Below, piece by piece: positions 57,637 through 64,000 of a stretch of 64,000 nt of DNA. Made by a program: the position numbers and the translations under genes. The notes beneath the pieces were generated by a model, which saw nothing but the letters and a program-made list of their open reading frames with translations, was not told where the DNA came from and did not search any database. Numbering within the stretch: the stretch's first letter is position 1; each line of letters begins with the position of its first letter. Source of the stretch: Betaproteobacteria bacterium (GTDB lineage Bacteria; Pseudomonadota; Gammaproteobacteria; Burkholderiales; SG8-39); the NCBI GenBank assembly GCA_022340285.1, contig JAJDOG010000010.1, positions 11,624 through 75,623 on the forward strand. The letters run 5' to 3'.

Positions 57637-59349
57637 TCAGGATCCGTGGGGTGAGCGCTTCCCTCCGCGCTTGGTCGGAACGACCGGCACGAGCAGGTGC
57701 GAGTCGTACTTGCCACCAGTGTGGATGACGTGGGTGCCTGCGTTGATCGTCTTGGGATGGCCGGCGCGCACGATCCACCGCGCGTACTTGTAGATGTCGC
57801 TGCCCTGCACGACCACGCGCAGCTTCTCGCCTTTCGCGAAGCGCGTGCCCGAAGGCCAGATCTCGATCTCAACTGGAACGGGCACGCCTTTCTTGAGCTT
57901 GCGCTGCCGCTGATGCCGGAGCCAGGGCTGCTGCGGCGTCGACCGCCGCTTGTCCAGCTCGCGGTGCGAGGCGCGCAGCCAGCCCAGCGCCACGGGGCCG
58001 TCCTCGAGGCAATTGAAGGCGCAGAAGGGAACGTAGGCGCCCTTGCGGTCGAACTTCTGGATCGCCACGAAGAGGTCCATGTCGTCGGCGCCGATCGCTT
58101 CGACCCAGAGCCGCAGCTTCATGTGGCCGGTCAGCTCGGTCGGTTCGGCGAACACGTGGTCGAACTCGGCGCGTTCGGCATGGTAGGCCGCAGGGCACCG
58201 TGATTCGTCGCCGGGGGCGTCATAGATCGCCCGTGAGGCGGTCTTCACGGGCTCGTTTCTGAGCGTGCTGCTGCGGGCATCGAGGTAGAGCTTGCGGTAA
58301 CGGGTCCGCGCGAGCGGCCATTCGCTCTCGTCCCGGAACGTGCCCGCGTAATAGCCGTCGCGCACCTCGAGCTGAACTTTCGGCCAGGCGAGCACCGCGG
58401 TCTTCTCGCCGCGCAGGAAGCGGTCGAAGAAGGCTCTTTGCTTTTCAACGCTCTCCGGGTGGTGAAAAGTCTCCCACTTCTTGCGGCCGTGGATGAAGAG
58501 CCACTTCTGCTTCGAAGCGATTCGCTTGTAGGCTTCGAGCGTCCCGCGCAGGTGCAGCCCCTGATCCGACCAGCTCGCCACGACGAACGCCGGCACCTCG
58601 ATCTTCGCGAGATCGGCCACCTTGGTGGCCCAGTAGGCGTCGAAGAGCGGATGCGCCTTCATCATGGCCTCGACGTCCTCAACGCGGTTCATCGAGTAGG
58701 AGATCGATTTCTGCCAGATCGGCGAGAACCCGGTCTCGGGGATGCCGCCGTGAAACGCGAACTCGCGATACATATCGCTCAGGCCCTCCCACGGATTGAT
58801 GGCGGCGAGATGCGGTGGGCGCGTGGCGGCAACCTGCCATTGCGCGATGGCGAGATACGAAACGCCGGCCATGCCGACCTTTCCGGCGCACCAGTCCTGC
58901 GCGGCCACCCATTCGATGAGGTCATAGCCGTCACGCCCCTCGTCGTGGCACCAGTACGTCGCGTCGCCCTCCGAGCCCCAGGTCCCGCGCACGTCGACGT
59001 GGATGATCGCGTAGCCGCGCGGCACCCAGTAGAGGGGATCGGGCCCCTCGAACAGGGTGTAGGGCGAGATCCACTCCTTGTGGACGCTCGCGTTCTCGTG
59101 GAAGTACTCGTACTGGAACGGCCGGTGCTTGCCGTACGGGCTCCACGCAATGATGGCGGGGACACTCTTGCCGCTTTCCGGACGATGGACATCGGCGTAC
59201 AGCTTGACTCCGTCGCGCATCGGCACGGCGACGTCGTGCTCGACGAGCATGCCGCTCTCGCGGCTCAGGCGATAGCCGAGTCCCGGATACTTGTGCCGCA
59301 CGGGCGGCACGCCGTTGCGAAAGACGATCTCGAATGGCGGGTCCGCCAC
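57637..59349 (-). CDS. CocE/NonD family serine hydrolase
   Basis: VPMRDGVKLYADV, WSPYGK, DVRGTWGSEG, nucleophile GVSY, C-terminal GWLRASHR/PepX_C; GTG start chosen. Confidence 0.9.
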   Translation of the reverse strand: MADPPFEIVFRNGVPPVRHKYPGLGYRLSRESGMLVEHDVAVPMRDGVKLYADVHRPESGKSVPAIIAWSPYGKHRPFQYEYFHENASVHKEWISPYTLFEGPDPLYWVPRGYAIIHVDVRGTWGSEGDATYWCHDEGRDGYDLIEWVAAQDWCAGKVGMAGVSYLAIAQWQVAATRPPHLAAINPWEGLSDMYREFAFHGGIPETGFSPIWQKSISYSMNRVEDVEAMMKAHPLFDAYWATKVADLAKIEVPAFVVASWSDQGLHLRGTLEAYKRIASKQKWLFIHGRKKWETFHHPESVEKQRAFFDRFLRGEKTAVLAWPKVQLEVRDGYYAGTFRDESEWPLARTRYRKLYLDARSSTLRNEPVKTASRAIYDAPGDESRCPAAYHAERAEFDHVFAEPTELTGHMKLRLWVEAIGADDMDLFVAIQKFDRKGAYVPFCAFNCLEDGPVALGWLRASHRELDKRRSTPQQPWLRHQRQRKLKKGVPVPVEIEIWPSGTRFAKGEKLRVVVQGSDIYKYARWIVRAGHPKTINAGTHVIHTGGKYDSHLLVPVVPTKRGGKRSPHGS

Positions 59350-59366
59350 GGGAGTCCTGTTCCGCG

Positions 59367-60896
59367 TCAGCGCAGCGCGGCGCGGTCGATCTTGCCGAGG
59401 ACATTCCTCGGCAGCGCCTCGACGAACTCGACGATGCGTGGCCGCTTGTGGCGCGCCAGCTCGCCGCTCTCGAGGCAATACCGCTCGATCTCCTCGGCGG
59501 TGAGCTCGGGCGAGCGCCGCACGATCAGCGCCTTGATCGTCTGGCCCCACTTGTCGTCCACCACGCCGCACACCGCGGCGTCCGCGATCATCGGGTGTTT
59601 CGAAAGGAAGAACTCCACTTCCTGCGGGTAGACGTTCTCGCCGCCAGTGATGATCGCGTTGTCCACGCGATCGACCGGGTGGATGTACCCGTCGCTGTCG
59701 ACCCGCACGACGTCGCGTGTGTATTGCCAGCCGCCACGCGCGCGCAGCTTCTCCGTGGGCGTGCAGTAGTACTCGGCGACGCATTGTGAACCGCGATTGA
59801 CGAGTTGCCCCTCGCCGGGTGCCGCGATCGGGATCTCGGGGTCGATCTCGGTGCCCTCGCCGAGCGGGATCACGCGCGCGGTCTGGAAATAGGACGGCTT
59901 GCCAATGCTTTCCCACTTGTCCTCGGGCTCGAGCCCGGTATGGCACGCGGTGATCGCGGTACAGCTTTCCGTCGTGCCGTAGGTGTTCAGCACCTCGCAG
60001 CCGAGGATGGTGCGCACGCGATGCAGCAGCGACATCGGGAGCGGCGAGCCGCCGCTGCGCAGCAGGCGCAGCGACGAGACGTCGACCCCTTCCAGCTGCT
60101 GCATCGCCTCGGTGAGCTGGTACATCTGGGTCGGCACCGCGAACGCCTCCGTCACGCGGTGCTGCGAGATCAGGCGCAGCGCCTTCCGTGCCTCGTACTC
60201 CCCGGACATCACTTGCGCGGCACCGACGAAGAGGTAGGCCGCGAAGAAGTTGGTCGCCGCACCGATCACCACCGGAGCGAGGCTCATGCCGACGTGACCC
60301 CGATCGAGCCCCATCTCGAGGCAGTACTGGATCGCACTCATGATCTGGGTTTCGTTCGTGAAGGCCGCACCCTTCGGTCTTCCTGTGGTGCCCGAAGTGT
60401 GGATGACGTTGCAGAGGTCGGTGCCGCGGATGTCGACTGCCGGTGGCTCCGTGTCCGGCATGCGCGCGCACTCGCCAAAGTCGATCGCACCTTCGGGAAG
60501 GGGGGCGCCGACGCAGAGGCAGCGGGTGAACGGCGCGTCTTTCATGACCGACTGCGCCGCGGCGGAAAGGGCGGCATTGAAAATGAGCGCCTTCAGCTTT
60601 TCCTGCTGCGCTGCGTAGCCGACGGAGGCGGGCGCGAGGCGCCAATTGAGGCAGGAAGCGATCGCCCCGATCTTCTGACAGGCGACGAAGCCGATGCCGA
60701 ACTCGACGCAATTAAGCAGAAGCAACCCGACGCCATCCCCCTTTCGGATATCGAGGTCCGCAAGCAGGTGAGCGAGCCGGTTGGCGGCGGCGTTCAGCTC
60801 GGCAAACGTGTAAGCCCGCGCATCGTGGATGAGCGCGGTTCGTCCGGGCCATCGCTCGACACTGCCGATGAAGTTGTCCCGCAGGGTTCCGAGCAC
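59367..60896 (-). CDS. Acyl/aryl-CoA ligase (AMP-binding enzyme)
   Basis: HTSGTTGRPKG, YGTTE, GGENVYPQEVE, LPRNVLGK. Confidence 0.92.
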   Translation of the reverse strand: MLGTLRDNFIGSVERWPGRTALIHDARAYTFAELNAAANRLAHLLADLDIRKGDGVGLLLLNCVEFGIGFVACQKIGAIASCLNWRLAPASVGYAAQQEKLKALIFNAALSAAAQSVMKDAPFTRCLCVGAPLPEGAIDFGECARMPDTEPPAVDIRGTDLCNVIHTSGTTGRPKGAAFTNETQIMSAIQYCLEMGLDRGHVGMSLAPVVIGAATNFFAAYLFVGAAQVMSGEYEARKALRLISQHRVTEAFAVPTQMYQLTEAMQQLEGVDVSSLRLLRSGGSPLPMSLLHRVRTILGCEVLNTYGTTESCTAITACHTGLEPEDKWESIGKPSYFQTARVIPLGEGTEIDPEIPIAAPGEGQLVNRGSQCVAEYYCTPTEKLRARGGWQYTRDVVRVDSDGYIHPVDRVDNAIITGGENVYPQEVEFFLSKHPMIADAAVCGVVDDKWGQTIKALIVRRSPELTAEEIERYCLESGELARHKRPRIVEFVEALPRNVLGKIDRAALR

Positions 60897-61146
60897 GTTC
60901 CCCTCCCGCGCCGCTTCCGACGTAAATAACCCCTAATTAGCTTGAGCGAGATGTAGCGCCCCGGACTTTGACCTGGCTCAAGGCGGAAGCGATGATCTGC
61001 GGAGAAACTCCTTGCGGAGTGGCCTGGAATCGTGGGTCTGTCCGTCGGACACGTCTCGCCAATGGCTGGGGGAGAGGATGCCCGTCTGCCGACTGCGCGA
61101 CCGAGGCGCGGATTCCAACAATTTGTCCTGTCGAGGAGGAGGAGAT

Positions 61147-62262
61147 ATGGCCATGCATGGAAGAATCCTGGCGGTCGCGACACTGGTTCTCTGCGCAGCG
61201 TTTCTGCTTTCGGTCTCGGCGGTCGACACCGCCCACGCGCAGGATAAAGTCACCAACCTGAAGATAGCGAACTTCTTCCCGCCACCCTCCAAGCAATCGA
61301 AGCTTCTGCAGGAGTTCAGCGAGGAGCTGGAACGACGCTCGGGCGGAAGGATCAAGGTCCAGTATTTCGCCGGAGGCTCGTTGCTCACGGGTCCCAACAT
61401 GTTCAAGGGGATCGAATCGGGGATCGCCGATATCGGCTATTCCCACGTGTATTACACCCCTGGCCGGATGCCCGTCAGCGATGCGATCGGGCTGCCGCTG
61501 GGCATCCCCGACGGCTGGGTCGGCGCCCATGTGGCGTACGATTTCTACAACAAGGTCCGGCCGAAGGAATTCGGCGGCGTGAAAGTCCTCGCCATCCACG
61601 CGAACGGGCCGAGCATGGTGATCTCGACGCGGCCAGTCGCAAAGCTGGAAGACATGAAGGGGCTCACCATCAGGGCGCCGGGCGTGCCCGGAGACATCAT
61701 CAAGGCGCTCGGCGGGACGCCGACCCCCACCCCGATGATGGAGGTCTACGATTCCATCGCGAAGGGGGTCAACGAAGCCGTGTGGGGACCCTACGAGACC
61801 CTGAGAACCTTCCGCTTCGCCGAGGTCGCGAAGAACGTGACCGTGTGCTGGCAGATCGGCGCTTCCTTTCCCTTCTACCTCGCGATGAACAAGAACAGCT
61901 ACAACAAGTTGCCCGCGGACCTCAAGTCGCTCGTCGACGTGATGAGCGGCGAATATCAGGAACGCTATGGTTTGATGTGGAACGAGATAGATCTGGAAGG
62001 CAAGAAATTCGCCGCCGAGAAGGGCGTGAAGCTCATCGAGCTCTCCGATGAAGAGGGCGCGAGATGGCAAAAGGCGGTGGAAGCCACCCTCGACGGCTAC
62101 GTCAAATCGATGGCGAGCAAGGGATACTCCGAGGCGGAGGTCAGAGGCTGGATCGCCTACATGAAGGAGCGAATCAAGTACTGGACCGCGAAACAGGCGG
62201 AGTACAAGATTCCTTCTCCGACCGGTCCTGCCTCGGTCCGGCCCGAGGCCTACGTCAATTAG
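61147..62262 (+). CDS. dctP: TRAP transporter substrate-binding protein (DctP)
   Basis: Signal peptide, RSGGRIKV, LEDMKGLTIR (carboxylate-binding Arg), EVYDSI.KG; strong GAGGAGG RBS. Confidence 0.9.
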   Translation: MAMHGRILAVATLVLCAAFLLSVSAVDTAHAQDKVTNLKIANFFPPPSKQSKLLQEFSEELERRSGGRIKVQYFAGGSLLTGPNMFKGIESGIADIGYSHVYYTPGRMPVSDAIGLPLGIPDGWVGAHVAYDFYNKVRPKEFGGVKVLAIHANGPSMVISTRPVAKLEDMKGLTIRAPGVPGDIIKALGGTPTPTPMMEVYDSIAKGVNEAVWGPYETLRTFRFAEVAKNVTVCWQIGASFPFYLAMNKNSYNKLPADLKSLVDVMSGEYQERYGLMWNEIDLEGKKFAAEKGVKLIELSDEEGARWQKAVEATLDGYVKSMASKGYSEAEVRGWIAYMKERIKYWTAKQAEYKIPSPTGPASVRPEAYVN

Positions 62263-62415
62263 CCTCGCCGAGCGATAGCTGCTGCCCGACCTTCGCCGGC
62301 CGGGCAGGATTCGGCTTGCCTCGAATAGGTCACGGATCCGTCTCAACGGATCGCATCCCGGCCGTGCGGCGGAATCGTGCCCGCGGGTCATCCTGAGGCG
62401 GACGAAAGATCGCCC

Positions 62416-62913
62416 ATGCTGGAGAAATTCGAGCGGTTCAACAAGATGGTGAGCGGCTGGGCCGAATGGATTGGATTCGGCGCGGTTTTCCTCATCGTCG
62501 TCGTGACCGGCATTGATGTCCTGGGCAGCAAGCTCTTTCGCCTGCCGGTGCCGGGGTCGCTGGACATCGTGATGCTCGCGCAGCTCATCGCCGTGTCCTT
62601 CGCCGCGGCCATGGCGCTCATCCAGAAAAGGCACATCGCAATCACCTTCCTGGTGGAGCGGTTCCCGACGCGCGTCCGGTCGCTCGTCGAGGCCGTCGCC
62701 CACCTGCTCGGTCTCGTTCTCCTGGTGATCGTCGTGTGGCGCCTGTTCAGCCACGGGTATTTCTACCAGACGGGCGGGGAAGAGACCCCGACGGCCCAGA
62801 TCCCCCTCGCCCCGTTCGCCTATGCCGCCGCCGTGGCCACGGTGCCCGTATGCCTGGTGCTGCTGCAACAACTCCTGAGTTCGATACGGGAAGTGTTGAG
62901 ACATGAGCCCTGA
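62416..62913 (+). CDS. dctQ: TRAP transporter small permease (DctQ)
   Basis: Four TM helices, HIAITFL motif. Confidence 0.87.
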   Translation: MLEKFERFNKMVSGWAEWIGFGAVFLIVVVTGIDVLGSKLFRLPVPGSLDIVMLAQLIAVSFAAAMALIQKRHIAITFLVERFPTRVRSLVEAVAHLLGLVLLVIVVWRLFSHGYFYQTGGEETPTAQIPLAPFAYAAAVATVPVCLVLLQQLLSSIREVLRHEP

Positions 62914-64000
62914 AGCTACGGGCGTCGTGGGCATCGTCGCGCTCGTCCTGCTGTTCCTGATGAAGATGCCGATCGCGTTTGCAATGGCATTCGTCGGATT
63001 CGTGGGGTTTGCCTATCTGGGCGGCATCGACTCGGCGCTCGCCCTGCTCTCGCAGGACATCCTCGATACGTTCACGTCCTATCCCCTGTCGGTCATTCCC
63101 ATGTTCATCCTCATGGGATCCTTCGCGTACGCATCCGGCATCAGCAATCGGCTCTTCGCGACGACCTACACGTGGGTGGGCAGTCTGCGCGGCGGCCTCA
63201 CGATCGCCACGGTGCTTGCGTGCGCCGGATTCGCGGCGATCTGCGGCTCCACCGCGGCGACCGCCGCCACCATGGGAAAGATCGCTCTCCCGGAGATGAA
63301 GAAGTACAACTACGACGACACCCTTGCCACGGGAACCGTCGCCGCCGCCGGCACCCTCGGCATCCTCATCCCGCCCAGCACCGTGCTCATCGTCTACGGG
63401 ATCCTGGTCGAGGAATCCATCGGCAAGCTCTTCGTCGCCGGGATCGTTCCGGGATTCATCCTGAGCCTCATGTTCGTGGCAACCGTAGCGATCCTGTGCT
63501 CGCGAAATCCCGCGCTCGGCCCGCCCGGCGAAGCCACCACGTGGGCCGCAAAGGTGAAGGCGACCGCAGGAATCTTCGAGGCGGTCATCCTCTTCTTTCT
63601 GGCGATCGGCGGGCTGATCCTGGGGTGGTTCAGCCCGACCCAGGCCGGCGCGATCGGAGCCGGGGGCGCGTTGCTGATCGGCTTGATCCGGCGAAAGCTG
63701 GACTGGAAGACGTTCGTGGAGTCGGGAAAGGATGGCCTCCTCACCGGCTGCATGGTCCTGTTCATCATTGCGGGTGCCGTCGTCTTCGGCCATTTCCTGG
63801 CGATTTCGACGATCCCGTTCAAGCTCGCCGACTGGGTGGGTAACCTTCCGATCCATCGAATGGGCGTCATGGGGGTCATCATCCTCATCTATTTCGTGGG
63901 CGGCTTCTTCATGGATTCCATGGCGCTCATCGTGGTCACGATCCCGATCTTCTATCCCATCGTCCAGAAGCTGGGCTTCGATCCGATCTGGTTCGGGGTC
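62903..64000 (+). CDS. dctM: TRAP transporter large permease (DctM), truncated by the window end; not in the ORF track
   Basis: Hand translation MSPEATGVVGIVALVLLFLMKMPIAFAM...IPMFILMG...GSTAATAATMG...GTLGILIPPS...SIGKLFVAGIVPG. Confidence 0.92.
   Translation, partial: MSPEATGVVGIVALVLLFLMKMPIAFAMAFVGFVGFAYLGGIDSALALLSQDILDTFTSYPLSVIPMFILMGSFAYASGISNRLFATTYTWVGSLRGGLTIATVLACAGFAAICGSTAATAATMGKIALPEMKKYNYDDTLATGTVAAAGTLGILIPPSTVLIVYGILVEESIGKLFVAGIVPGFILSLMFVATVAILCSRNPALGPPGEATTWAAKVKATAGIFEAVILFFLAIGGLILGWFSPTQAGAIGAGGALLIGLIRRKLDWKTFVESGKDGLLTGCMVLFIIAGAVVFGHFLAISTIPFKLADWVGNLPIHRMGVMGVIILIYFVGGFFMDSMALIVVTIPIFYPIVQKLGFDPIWFGV

Noticed and set aside
57637-60711. 1024-aa fusion protein
   Set aside because: The N-terminal ~450 aa is an Arg-rich off-frame reading of the acyl-CoA ligase; the hydrolase starts near 59349
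53141-60896. Canonical polyyne or terminal-alkyne gene cluster
   Set aside because: No acyl carrier protein, thioesterase fusion or rubredoxin seen; the ligase is on the opposite strand and linked to the CocE/TRAP module

Overview
High-GC bacterial chromosome segment. Gene order and protein style suggest a betaproteobacterium; this is an inference, not a database result. Positions 1-47.6 kb are mostly core housekeeping genes: desA, rpmB/rpmG, radC, coaBC-dut, clpSA, csp, icd/aceK, xseA, exbBD-lpxK-ycaR-kdsB-adk, hppA, ggt, tsaE-amiC-dedA-mutL-miaA, queG, ABC-F, rhlE, glnB, trxB and crp-ftsK-lolA-rarA-serS. Also in this part are a flavocytochrome c sulfide dehydrogenase pair, an ECF sigma/anti-sigma/lipoprotein module whose promoter motif is visible twice in the DNA, and a cluster of DnaA boxes. 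Accessory DNA surrounds tRNA-Ser(CGA) at 51324-51413. Upstream are pxpBCA and a DsyB-like methyltransferase. Downstream are a TIR protein with a glycine-rich membrane tail, a putative lipid-modification cluster (exported START protein, two tandem desaturases, GNAT, YwaF/TMEM164-like protein, two FNR-like boxes), and a CocE hydrolase + acyl-CoA ligase + TRAP module that runs off the window end. No integrase, transposase, CRISPR array or rRNA was found. All family calls come from motif recognition without database searches, and several start codons were re-chosen by eye.
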